Part shown: positions 1 to 10,500 of the stretch, in pieces | Layout: each line of letters begins with the position of its first letter | Numbering within the stretch: position 1 is the stretch's first letter | Origin: Planctomycetota bacterium | Lineage (GTDB): Bacteria > Planctomycetota > UBA8108 > SXIK01 | DNA length: 64,000 nucleotides | Assembly (NCBI GenBank): GCA_965223265.1 | Contig: OZ244999.1 | Span: 7,552,001-7,616,000, forward strand | Reading direction: 5' to 3' | Program-made: the position numbers and the translations under genes | Notes under the pieces: generated by a model | Told to the model about the DNA's origin: nothing | Database searches by the model: none | What the model saw: only the letters and a program-made list of their open reading frames with translations

Positions 1-480
1 CTCGCCCGGCTCGTCGAGCATGACGGCACCAGCGGCCCGGTTAGGCGCCTTCGGGTCAAGAGTGGGTCACGCGATGGTCAAGAGTGCGGTTGCCGCGGAA
101 TCGACTCTGGGACTCGCGGGGAATATGTGGTTTTCTATGTTTTCGTGAACGTTTGCGTGCCGGTGGCAACTCGCCAAAAAACGCCTCGAACCGCGTCCGG
201 TTAAGCCGCAGCGACGCAGAGAATCCCGATTTCTTCAAACATGGCCACGAGAATTGACGCGGTCGAGCTGGACCCCAGGAAACCTGTTCTCGGTCGTTTG
301 GCTTTTTCAGCGGGGCTTTTGGGAACAGGGCGGATGGTAAGATCTTGTCCGTTCGCCCGATCTGCTCGTACAAGGAACACCCACGTGAACAACTGGTGCC
401 CGAGCCTCCAAGACTGCGGCGGCGACGCTGCGCCGAAACGGAGCTCGCGCCCGCATGGGCGCTTGCAGGAGTGAAGCTCA

Positions 481-1956
481 TTGGTCAGGGCGTACGGAAA
501 CCTAGTTAGTTCGGCGCAGTCGACGCTGGCGGCGGAAACTCGTTCACTCCACGAGGGAACGAACGGGCGTGGATCAGCGCTCTTTCCATTTCTCGTCGAT
601 TCGCTCTACCTCGGCGGCTTACTGGTCACTGTGCCTTATCTTGTGTGTGCCGGCCGTGGTCGACAACTGGCCGACCACCTGCGGCGCCAGTCTCGCCAAG
701 TGCCGACACGCCAAAGCGACAAGCCCTGCGTTTGGGTGCACGGCGTTTCGGTCGGGGAAATCCTCAGCGCACGTCACTTTCTGCAGCAGTTCGCCGCAGC
801 CTACGCCGATTGGGATATCGTACTTTCGACGACGACCAAAGCTGGCATCGAAGCCGGAGAAATCCATTTCCCCGAGCGCAGCGTCGTGACGTATCCGTTC
901 GACCTCAGCTTTCTCGTTCGGCGCGCGTTCGAGCGCATCCGGCCCGACCTTGTGCTGATTGTGGAGCACGAGCTTTGGCCCAACTTCCTGCGCTGCGCCG
1001 CCAGTCGTGGCGTGCCAGTGGCCATCGTCAACGGGCGCCTTTCAGAGCGGTCGCTGCGCGGCTACCGCTGGCTTTCGCGCGTTATGGCATGGCCTCCAAA
1101 AAACGTACTGCGCGTCTGCGTCGAAGACGACACAAGCGCTGACGGCTTCGAGGAGCTCGGAGTGCCGCGCGAGCGCATCGTGGTCACCGGCAATTTCAAG
1201 TTCGACAACCACATCGAAGCCGTCGATGGAACGCGCTCGTCTCTAAAGCTTACGAGCGAGGATTGGGTGGTCGTGGCGGCGAGCACACACCCAGGCGAGG
1301 AAGAGATCGTTCTGGACGCCTACCGCAAACTCCTTGCGGGAGACCAGCGCTGCCGTCTATTCGTCGTCCCTCGGCGAATCGAACGTAGTGCAGAAATCAG
1401 CCGCATGATCGAAAAGAGAGGTTTGCGGCCGCTACTTTGGAGTCAGTTGGGTAACGTCAACGGGCACCACGCGCCCGCGGCCGAACGCTCACGCGTGGCT
1501 GTCGGCGGCCCTGATCGCGCTTTGACGAGTAGCCGCAACCCTGCGGGCAGAATTGGCCAAAACGAGGTGGTCGTGGTCGATTCGATCGGCGAGCTGCAGC
1601 GGGTTGCAACGTGCGCCGACGTGGTTTTCGTCGGCGGCTCTCTCGTCCCGTTCGGCGGGCACAACGTCATCGAACCCGCAAGTGTCGGGCGTCCGGTGGT
1701 CGTCGGTCCGCACACTCACAACTTCCGTCAAGTGATCGCCAAGTTTCAGGCTCGGGATGCCTTGGTCGTCGTTCGCGACGCTGACGAACTGCACAAACGC
1801 TTAGAGGAACTCAAGCAGCAGCGGGGTCTAGCTGAGGCCATCGGCCAGCGCGGTGCAGAGACGGTGGCGCAAAACGTCGGCGCGAGCGAGCGAACGCTCG
1901 ACGCCCTGCGCCCGATCGTCGACGAGTTGAGCAAGCCGCAGGGCCGATCGCCCTGA
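481..1956 (+). CDS. waaA: 3-deoxy-D-manno-octulosonic acid (Kdo) transferase
   Basis: Motifs WVHGVSVGE, YPFD, EHELWPN, NGRLSERS, TGNFKFD, AASTHPGEE, FVGGSLVPFGGHNVIEPA. The true start is uncertain and probably lies downstream of 481. Confidence 0.93.
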   Translation: MVRAYGNLVSSAQSTLAAETRSLHEGTNGRGSALFPFLVDSLYLGGLLVTVPYLVCAGRGRQLADHLRRQSRQVPTRQSDKPCVWVHGVSVGEILSARHFLQQFAAAYADWDIVLSTTTKAGIEAGEIHFPERSVVTYPFDLSFLVRRAFERIRPDLVLIVEHELWPNFLRCAASRGVPVAIVNGRLSERSLRGYRWLSRVMAWPPKNVLRVCVEDDTSADGFEELGVPRERIVVTGNFKFDNHIEAVDGTRSSLKLTSEDWVVVAASTHPGEEEIVLDAYRKLLAGDQRCRLFVVPRRIERSAEISRMIEKRGLRPLLWSQLGNVNGHHAPAAERSRVAVGGPDRALTSSRNPAGRIGQNEVVVVDSIGELQRVATCADVVFVGGSLVPFGGHNVIEPASVGRPVVVGPHTHNFRQVIAKFQARDALVVVRDADELHKRLEELKQQRGLAEAIGQRGAETVAQNVGASERTLDALRPIVDELSKPQGRSP

Positions 1957-2031
1957 GCGGTTCCTGTTTCGCCCCGTCGACAGGACGCTCGCCACCGGAG
2001 ACGCCCGCGCCGTGCGCCACTATCGGTCGTC

Positions 2032-2997
2032 TCACCCACGAGCGATCGCGTCGCGAAGTCGATCGAGGTGACGCGGTACGGCTTCAATCGCGGGTGCGGA
2101 GGCTTCGTACTCGAGAGCGACGAAACCGCGGTAGTTGGCGTGGCGCAAAATCTCGACGACGCGCTGCAGGTCGCTGCCGGTCTTGCCGCCCGCAGGAGTG
2201 CGCACCTCGACCTTGACCTGGACACTCACGGCATACCGTGCTGTTTTCCCGATCTCGTCATAAGGGCGGTGATGAAAATTACCGGTGTCGAGATTGACGC
2301 CGAGCCATGGAGAATCGACGCCGCGGACGAGACGCAGCAGTTGATCCGCCGTCGAAGTGATGCCGCCGTGATTCTCGAGCGCTAAAACGACACCACGTTC
2401 GCCGGCATAGGAGGCGACCTCTCGGAGGGCGGCGACGGCCCAGTCCACGGCCTGCGATTCAGTGGCGCCGTTGGGAACGCTGCCGGCGAAAACGCGGATC
2501 GTTTGCGAACCAAGAATGGCTACGTGGTCGATCCACTCCTTGACGTGTCGGATCTGCTGGTCGCGTTTGTCGCCAGGCGGGAGACAAAAATTGTTTCCCA
2601 CCGGAGTGCCGCTGATCGTCAGCCCGTTGACGTACGCCCGCCGCCGTAACTCGCAGAGATACGCCCGGTCCGTCTGACGAAAGTAGTAGGATGTCAGTTC
2701 CGTACCGTCGAGTCTGTGGCGAGCACAAAAGTCGATGAAGTCGGTGAGAGTCATGCGTCCGGAATTGAGCTCACGGCGAAACGAGTAGGCCGCGCAGCTG
2801 AGGCGCAAGTGCGACGCATGATATCGGCCCTGCACTGCGGGCGATGCAGCGGCGGCAGCGCGGCGCAGACCGCGAGCCGTTTCGAGCGGCGAGAGCGCCG
2901 CCGCTGCTCCCAGAAAGGCTGCGGAACGAAGCAAACGACGCCGCGGCAACGACACCGCGGACCGTCTCAACTGTTGATCAATCAAAGAGTTGTCCAT
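2032..2997 (-). CDS. Tat-exported sugar phosphate isomerase/epimerase (xylose isomerase-like TIM barrel)
   Basis: RRRLL twin-arginine leader; motifs CAAYSFR, ELTSYY, LALENHGG, NLDTGNF, LEYE. Start moved to ATG 2997. Confidence 0.85.
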   Translation of the reverse strand: MDNSLIDQQLRRSAVSLPRRRLLRSAAFLGAAAALSPLETARGLRRAAAAASPAVQGRYHASHLRLSCAAYSFRRELNSGRMTLTDFIDFCARHRLDGTELTSYYFRQTDRAYLCELRRRAYVNGLTISGTPVGNNFCLPPGDKRDQQIRHVKEWIDHVAILGSQTIRVFAGSVPNGATESQAVDWAVAALREVASYAGERGVVLALENHGGITSTADQLLRLVRGVDSPWLGVNLDTGNFHHRPYDEIGKTARYAVSVQVKVEVRTPAGGKTGSDLQRVVEILRHANYRGFVALEYEASAPAIEAVPRHLDRLRDAIARG

Positions 2998-3219
2998 CGT
3001 GATCCTCCTCGAGGCAGCAACGTCAGGCAGTGTCGTCGGTTGAAGTTCGTAGCCCGTCGGAAAACGCCTCAGTCGTGACGTAGAGGTGCGCTGCCCGGCC
3101 AACCACGGGCGCGCATCGGCGGGCAAGCCTCCTCCGACTCAAGATCGAGCCGATTCTCGGTCGAAGTTCCGACTGGCGCGAGTCTTTTTCTGCAACCGAA
3201 CCACCCGGATGAGCTCGAG

Positions 3220-3843
3220 ATGAAACTCTGCCTGAACTACCACCTGCTGAGAAACGCTCCCTTCGCCGTCGTCGTCGCCGTCCTCAGCAGCTGTGCCATT
3301 CCGATGCGTGAAGTGGACACTAAGAGAGCCTTCACGATTGCGCTCGATGCCAACAGCAAAGTGCAGATCCCAGGTCGGCAGATCAAGTTCTACGTCGACA
3401 TCACCAATCAAACGCCATACGAGATCCTCGTCGACGAAGTCGAGATCGAGCTACAGGTGCGCCCCGCGTGGGGCGGCGCTGCGAGCGCGAACAAGCGACC
3501 CGTCAGCCTGCGAGAGCAGTGGACGTACGCCTTCGACGCGGATGACCCTGCTCGGCAGCCACCAAAAATCGCCTCTGGTAGAAAGGTCACTCTGCCTGTG
3601 GTACCGGAGCTTGGAGCGGAGTTCGAACTCCATCTGCTCGCGGAAGGGAACTACGAGGTCGAAGCCCTCGTCAATGGAAGGTACCGCTCTGAGCCGTATC
3701 CGCTGCGCGTCGCGCGGCCCGATGTGACAAGGTTTCCGGTGCGTCACCATCGCCGCCGCGAGCAAAATTCGACGAATGGCGCGTTGCGTGATAACGTTGA
3801 AAGACAGCCTGACATTTCGAACGTCGAAAGGATGACAGAGTGA
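3220..3843 (+). CDS. hypothetical lipoprotein with predicted beta-sandwich (Ig-like) domain
   Basis: Hydrophobic leader ending in the lipobox LSSC; beta-strand-rich body. Confidence 0.6.
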   Translation: MKLCLNYHLLRNAPFAVVVAVLSSCAIPMREVDTKRAFTIALDANSKVQIPGRQIKFYVDITNQTPYEILVDEVEIELQVRPAWGGAASANKRPVSLREQWTYAFDADDPARQPPKIASGRKVTLPVVPELGAEFELHLLAEGNYEVEALVNGRYRSEPYPLRVARPDVTRFPVRHHRRREQNSTNGALRDNVERQPDISNVERMTE

Positions 3844-4087
3844 GCCCCAGAAACTCGCCCGCGCCGGCCCTCGGAGCCACTAACAAAGAGAAGCTCGGCT
3901 GCCTCGATCTTGGTCGCGAACGTGACGGATTTCGCCGCATACCGGAGGGACGACTGCCCGGAAAAGGGATTCGTCGTCGCATCTGGCTGCGTCAGCGCCA
4001 GCGCCTCGGCGGGCCTGCGACCCGCTGATCGCCCAAGTAGTCACGCTCACAGGCAGCCGCTTTCCGAAATACCTCGGCTGCTCGTCA

Positions 4088-5755
4088 TCAATTCGGCGCA
4101 GGGTTTGCGGCCGCATTGATCTTGCGACCTTCTGCGTCGTACCAAGTCGGCTCGGGCAGCTCAAACCCGGCGGGTAGGTCCGGGGGTGGCGTGTCAGCCA
4201 ATTCCGTCAGCGCTGCCTCGATCTGCGCTCGGTCGCCGATCAGAACGAGGGTTGCCTGGCGCCAATTCAAGCGGCGTGCCGCCGCAGCGACGACGGCGTC
4301 GAGCTCGGCACGCTCGACTTGCCGAAAAAACTCGCTGCGGTACTGCGGACCCAGGCCGTAGATGACGGCACGACTGTAGTACGACAGAGCGCTGAGCTGC
4401 GTCTCCAGAGCCCGGACGACCCGGCTGCGGTAGGCGGCTTGCGCTTTCGCCAGCTCGGCAGGTTGGATCGAAGCGATCGCACGGAACTCGCGAAAGAACT
4501 CTGCCAACGCCCGCGCCGTCTTCGGAGCTTCCACCGCCGCACCGGCCGCCAAATAGCCCGCATCCCTATGGAGTCTCAGGCTGCTGCTGGCGCCGTACGT
4601 GAGCTGGTGCTTCTGACGCAGATTGGTCGACAATCGGCTGGTGAACATTCCCCCGAAAATGAGGTCCGCGCTCACAAGCGGCGGCAGGTCGTCGGTTCCA
4701 GCGAGCGGCGCGGGAACGAGAATCCGCACGACCGTCTGCGGCGCGCCCGGCCGCTCAACAAGAGCCAACTGCCATGGAGACGTGGTGGATTCCGACGCCG
4801 ACTTGGTTGTCGGCGGCGCCTGCGTCGAGACCTCGCTCCAGGCCTCGAAAGCGTGCGCCACAGACCGGAGCAGGCGGTCGGCGCTGCTGCCGCCGGTCGC
4901 CAAGATCGTCAGGCCGCCAGGACGCACGCAACGTCTTGCATACCCCTTGATGTCATCGAGCTCGATCTCATCGACCGATCCAAGCACACCGCTGACCGGA
5001 TGAAAGTAGGGGCTGTCCGCGCCGAAAAAGAGGCGCTGCGAGACGACGGCTGCGACCGCGTGCGGGTCGTTCTGACGCTGCTGGAGGCCGTTCGCCCAGA
5101 GGTCCCGGACTCGCTGCCAGTCAGTCGCCGCGAACGCTGGACGTCGCATGCTATCACCAACGATCTCGAGCGCTGCCGGCAGGTTGCGCTCGAGCACCTG
5201 GAGGCGTACAACGATCGTGTCGGCTCCAGCCTCCACCGAAAAAGTAGCGCCAAGCGAGTCCAGCGCCGCGGCGACCTCAAGGCTCGAGCGTTCGCCGGAG
5301 CTTTCGCTCATCATGAGCGCCGTCAGGTGCGCGACGCCGGGCTTGCCCGGCGGATCCTCGCGAGCGCCGCCTTGAAACATAAACGCTACCGTGACGAGTT
5401 CGGTTGCTGGCCACGGCAGGGTCCAGAGCTCAACGCCGCTTTTGAGACGGTTCACCTTCGGCACGGGCAAAACGACCTCAGCGGCGCGCGCCGGAGGGCG
5501 AGGAATCAGTGGGCTGAGTCGGTGTTCCCCCGCAGCGTCCTGGCTCGACGTGGTGTCGGCTCGCACGACGCTGCCGAAGATCGTCGCAAGGCCACAAACG
5601 AGCACCGCGGCGGCGACATCGCATAGCAGGAGCCGACACGTACACACAGCTCTGGCGCGATCACGACAACGGCGATGTCCGGGTAACGAATCCCTGCGTC
5701 TGTCGGTACGGTTCAACACGTTTTCCTCGCTTCGTGCTCGTTGATCTCGACTCAA
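4088..5755 (-). CDS. M16B (pitrilysin-family) peptidase, non-catalytic subunit
   Basis: PGVAHLTALM in place of HxxEH; FGGMFTSRLSTNLR..HQLTYG carries the conserved R/Y pair. Start uncertain. Confidence 0.85.
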   Translation of the reverse strand: MSRDQRARSEENVLNRTDRRRDSLPGHRRCRDRARAVCTCRLLLCDVAAAVLVCGLATIFGSVVRADTTSSQDAAGEHRLSPLIPRPPARAAEVVLPVPKVNRLKSGVELWTLPWPATELVTVAFMFQGGAREDPPGKPGVAHLTALMMSESSGERSSLEVAAALDSLGATFSVEAGADTIVVRLQVLERNLPAALEIVGDSMRRPAFAATDWQRVRDLWANGLQQRQNDPHAVAAVVSQRLFFGADSPYFHPVSGVLGSVDEIELDDIKGYARRCVRPGGLTILATGGSSADRLLRSVAHAFEAWSEVSTQAPPTTKSASESTTSPWQLALVERPGAPQTVVRILVPAPLAGTDDLPPLVSADLIFGGMFTSRLSTNLRQKHQLTYGASSSLRLHRDAGYLAAGAAVEAPKTARALAEFFREFRAIASIQPAELAKAQAAYRSRVVRALETQLSALSYYSRAVIYGLGPQYRSEFFRQVERAELDAVVAAAARRLNWRQATLVLIGDRAQIEAALTELADTPPPDLPAGFELPEPTWYDAEGRKINAAANPAPN

Positions 5756-5843
5756 AGGTGCTCCGCTTCGGTCGGTATCCTGTTTTCCAGCTGAGGGTCA
5801 CTCACCACACTCGCGCGAGGCTCTCAGACACCGATTCAGCTCG

Positions 5844-7250
5844 TCAGTTACCCTGACTCGTCGGCGCCTCAGCTGACGGATCGAGCGGCGGCGCCGGCAC
5901 GACGCGCAGGACGACGCGGCCATCAAGACTAAGGACTTTTCGAGCCCAGGTGTCAGCCTTCGCTACCGTCAAAGCGCGGTATCGCTGCAGATCGCGGCCG
6001 ATCGCGCCGGGGTCGCCGAAGTAGAATTCGTACGTGTTCATCAACTCGGCGCGCGTCCCGAGCGACTCAAGCCCACGCCAAAACGACGTTTCGATCGAGT
6101 TGCGAGCCCGATCGAGCTCTGCCGGCTCAAGGCCTTCGTCGCGTAGCTCAGTGAGCACCGCGTCAACTTCCGCTTCGATGGCGTCAAGTTCAACACCGGG
6201 GCGAGCCAGCACCGAAACGGTAAACTGCGAACCGAGAAGACTGGAGCGCTGCCCGGCACTCACTCCCTGGGCGAGCTGTTTTTCGTAGACGAGTCGTCGA
6301 TAGAGCCGGCTCGACTTGCCACCCCCGAGCGCGTCGGCGAGCACGTCCATGGCAGCGTCGCCCGGCGCGTAGAGCGGTGGCGAATGCCAAGCCATCATCA
6401 CGAGCGGTAGCTGGACCTTGTCTGTAACAGTCTCTCGGACCACCGCGGAAAGCGTCGGCACCGGAGGCGTCTCCCGCGGCAACACCGGCCTTCTCTCCAG
6501 ATCGCTGAAATACTTCTCGACGAGCTTTCTCGCGGTGTTTAGGTCGAAATCGCCGGCAACCACCAAGCTGGCGTTCGCGGCGAAATAGAAGCGATGAAAG
6601 AATTCCTTCACGTCGTCGACGGTCGCCGCCTCGAGATCGGCGTGGGAACCAATGACGGAGCGGTGATAGGGATGGTCGGCTGGGTAGAGTAGCTCCGAGA
6701 GTCGCACGCCGACGATGCCATAGGGGCGATTCTCGATACGCTCGCGCCGTTCGTTCCGCACAACGCGCCGCTCGTCGTCAAGCTTCTCTTGGTTCATCGC
6801 CGCAGCAAGATTCTCCATGCGATCGGCTTCGAGAAAGAGAAACGTCTCCAGGAGCTCGCTCGGTCCCGACTCGAAATAGTTGGTGCGGTCGGTCGACGTC
6901 GAGGCGTTGTTGCTGCCGCCGAATCGCTCCATTGCGATGTCAAATTGAGGATGGGGCACCGCGGCTGTGCCGCGAAACATCAGGTGCTCGAAGAGGTGAG
7001 CGAAACCGGAGCGCCGCTCAGGTTCGTCCTTGGAGCCGACCCAATACCAGAGATTGATGCTGACAGTCGGCAGCCGCCGGTCCTGATGCAGGATCACCGT
7101 CAGACCGTTGTCGAGTTGGTACCGTTCGAACTGCAGCTCGTGGACTTGCGCTGACGTACCTGCGCATGCGGCCATCGACATCGACAGCATCGCGGCACTC
7201 AGGAGGCGAGGCAGGGTGTTTGTTCGGGCTTTCACTTTCATAGTCGCCAT
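5844..7250 (-). CDS. M16B zinc peptidase, catalytic subunit, probable lipoprotein
   Basis: VGSKDE..RSGFAHLFEHLMF (inverted zinc motif HxxEH), NASTSTDRTNYFE, leader ending SMAAC. Start near ATG 7250 or 7241. Confidence 0.92.
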   Translation of the reverse strand: MATMKVKARTNTLPRLLSAAMLSMSMAACAGTSAQVHELQFERYQLDNGLTVILHQDRRLPTVSINLWYWVGSKDEPERRSGFAHLFEHLMFRGTAAVPHPQFDIAMERFGGSNNASTSTDRTNYFESGPSELLETFLFLEADRMENLAAAMNQEKLDDERRVVRNERRERIENRPYGIVGVRLSELLYPADHPYHRSVIGSHADLEAATVDDVKEFFHRFYFAANASLVVAGDFDLNTARKLVEKYFSDLERRPVLPRETPPVPTLSAVVRETVTDKVQLPLVMMAWHSPPLYAPGDAAMDVLADALGGGKSSRLYRRLVYEKQLAQGVSAGQRSSLLGSQFTVSVLARPGVELDAIEAEVDAVLTELRDEGLEPAELDRARNSIETSFWRGLESLGTRAELMNTYEFYFGDPGAIGRDLQRYRALTVAKADTWARKVLSLDGRVVLRVVPAPPLDPSAEAPTSQGN

Positions 7251-7547
7251 GCGATCAAAAGAGGAGTCGGACTCGGGCAGCAGCGGCTCGCCAGGCGTCG
7301 TCGATCTCCGCTCGTGTCGTCCATTGCCGCCCGCAGATTGCCGCAACGTGCTCCGCTATTTACAACTTCGCGGACAAAATGTGGAGAACTGTTTTGGCGG
7401 TGCTGAGATGCAGGCGAGAAAGCCGACACCAGGTCCCGCACGGCAACGCTATCACAAAATCTTTGTGAAGATGCTACGATGGCGTTTTCTTGAAAAGCGT
7501 GCGTTTCGTTCGGATCACTCCGGCAACGGGCACATGAGGGTCGAGAC

Positions 7548-10500
7548 ATGGATTCTGCCACGACCATCGGTCGCGGTCGCTACAGCGTGCTCGGCGAGAT
7601 CGGCCGGGGCGCCACCGGCGTTGTGTACCGGGCTCATGACCGCGTCCACGATCGCGAAATCGCGCTCAAGATCCTCCGGCCGCGCCCGGATGCCTCGCCG
7701 AGCTCTCTTGGGGCAGAATTCCGTCTCCTGGCGTCGCACAGCCACCCTGGCCTCGTGCAGGTGTTTGACTACGGCATCACCGAGGCGGGGTCGCCGTATT
7801 TCACCATGGAGTGCCTGGCTCCGGAGGGCTTCGCGGCGTTCTGTGAGCGCGAACGCGCCTCTGGCCCGCTCGTCTCGAGCGACGCGTTCCTCACAGTCGT
7901 CACGAGTCTGCTGGAGGCGGTGGATTACCTTCACAGCCGCGGCCACCTCCACTCCGACCTGAAACCCTCGAACATCCTGATCGTCCAAACGGACGACGGG
8001 TCGCCAGCGGTGAAGCTGATTGATTTCGGCTTGGCGACCAACTCGGACGGGCGCAGCCACTCTGGCGCCGCCGGGCTCGACCCCGGCGGCGCTGCAGATC
8101 CAGCGCGAGACGACCTCGGCTCCAGTCTTGCCGGGACGGTCGACTACATGGCCCCCGAGCTCCTGAGAGGATCCGAAGCAAGCACCCAGAGCGACCTGTA
8201 CAGCATCGGTTGCATCCTCTTCGAGGCGCTGTGCGGCTCAGTTCCATTCCCAGCGACCACCGCTGGCGCCGCGATCTCGCTGCACTTGAAGACGCCGGCA
8301 CCGCCGCTTGAAGCCGAGCACGGCGTCTTTCGCAAAGTCGTCGGGCAACTGCTTGCCAAGGATCCACGCGAACGCCCGAGCTCGGCGCAGACCGTCATAG
8401 AACGCTTGGGGCTGGAACGCTACATTGCCGCAGCGCGCCCCTTCCCACCCTTTGGTTCGGCGCTCGTCGGCCGTGAGCCGCTGATGCGTCGCGTTGACGA
8501 GCTCGCAGACGCCGATGCCAACGCGAAGACTTGCGCTCTTCTCTTGCGTGGCCCGACAGGTATCGGCAAAAGCCGCCTCCTGCGCCAGATCGAGATCCGG
8601 CGCCAACTGCGCGGCGAGCGCGCCGGCCTGACGACATGCCACACGCTTTCCACGCCGGGCGATCTCGTCAGAAACTTGCTCTCACACTGGCGTACCTTCA
8701 CCGCGGCAGCAGGGGAGCCCGACTCGAGCACGTCGTCGCCGACTCATCCCGCGCCGGACGCGCCCCCCGTCGCCCCTGGCAGGACGCGTTCGGCGTTTGA
8801 CGACGCCGAGGCGATCGTCGCGCAGATCACCGGACAGATCACTGGAAGATCCGAGGACGCGACAGCAGTCGAAGCGTGGTTCGATCGTCTCCTCGAAGGA
8901 CTCAAAGGTGTCGTTGCCGACGTCACTCGAGCCGGGCCGCTGCTCTTTTGCATCGACGATGTTCACGAGGCAGACGCCCTCAGTCGACGCGCCTTGACGG
9001 CGCTCATCCGCTGGCTGGCCAGTCGCAGCGAGGCCGAACGGGCCACCGGCCCCGAGGGTTCCGAGGGTTCCGAGGGTTCCGCGCGCCTGGTTTTTGTCCT
9101 GGGGTGCCGCGACGAAACTGGTCCCGAACGCGCAGCGGCGTCCGAACTCGAAACCGCGGCTGCCTTCTCGGCGCTCGAGTCGATCCACCTCAGCGGCGTG
9201 AGCACAAGCGACATGCGGCACTACCTCACCCAAGTCCTCCGTCTCCGACAACTCCCTGAGTCGTTCGTCGAGCGAGTCGCGGAAGCGACGGGCGGCAATT
9301 TGCTCTACGTCGATGAGTATATCAAATCGATGGTCCGATCAGGTCAGCTGGCGCGACGCGGCACCGAGTGGCAGCTGAGCCACCATGAGATGGACGCCCT
9401 ACGCGTCCCCGAAAGCGTGAGCGAAACGCTTGAGCGACGCACCGCGCACTTCGACGCCGAGACCACCGAGCTTGTCCAGTGTCTCGCAATCCTCGAGACA
9501 CCGCAGAGCCCGGAGCGGGTGGCGTCGCTACGCCACAGCGCCGGCGACGCGCGTGATCGCTCTGCCATCGCTCGCGCCTCGGAGCGCATCCTGCGCGAGC
9601 TCGCCGCGGAGCACTTTCTTGAGCGTACCGGTTCTGAATATCGCTTCGCACACTCAGCAGCGCGAAAGACTGTTTACGAGAAGACGCCCGAGACGCGCCG
9701 GCGCCAGCTCCATGGGCTCATCGCCGCAGATCTCCTGCACTTGAGCCAGGAGGAGCGCGCACGACGCGTGCCAGAGTTGGCGCACCATCTCTACGGCGCC
9801 GGCGAACTCGGCGCGGCTCTGCCGCATCTCATGCAGAGCGCGGGGCGCGCCCTGCAGGTGGGGTCCTACCGCGACGCCGCACGCGACGCGCGCCGAGCCA
9901 TAGAGGCGGCAGATGCCGCTGGCGACCCACGAGCTCGATTCGCCGCGCTCATGATTGACCAAGAGGCGGCCGGCCACCTCGGCGACCGATCGCGCCAACG
10001 AGAATCGCTTGAGCGGCTACGAGAGCTAGCGAGCGAACTCGGCGACGCCGACCTGACCCGCCAATCGGGACTCAAGGAATCGCTCTACCTCGAATCGATC
10101 GGTGAGAAACGAGAGGCGCTCGAGCGGCTTGGGTCGGCACTGAGCGAACTCGGCGGCGACCCACGACAAACTGCTCCGATCCTGCCACGGAGCGCGCTTC
10201 TCCACTTCTATCTGTCGGAGTTCTCTCAAGGCTTCGAGAAACTTGAGCAGGCTCTCGAGACGGCGCGGCAAAGTGACGACCGATCGCTGGAAGCCGAGGC
10301 CTTACAACTGATCGGTCTCGGCCACTACTTTCAGGGCGCCTACAACGACGCCAAAACAGCCATGGAGCGTGCACTCGCTGTGCGCCGTGAACTGGATGAA
10401 GCCCACCAAGTGGGCGCACTGGAATCCAACCTCGGACTCATTCACCTGGACCGCGGCGACCTCGATGCCGCCGAAGAACGCTTCACGGCATCGCTCGGCG

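Noticed and set aside
241-480. ORF 241-474 is in frame with waaA across a TGA, suggesting read-through
   Set aside because: No redox Cys context, no SECIS-like hairpin, and the upstream peptide does not resemble WaaA
4319-5626. Long antisense ORFs (also 23407-24471, 31944-32855, 55286-56308)
   Set aside because: Shadow frames of well-supported genes in GC-rich DNA, with no recognisable motifs
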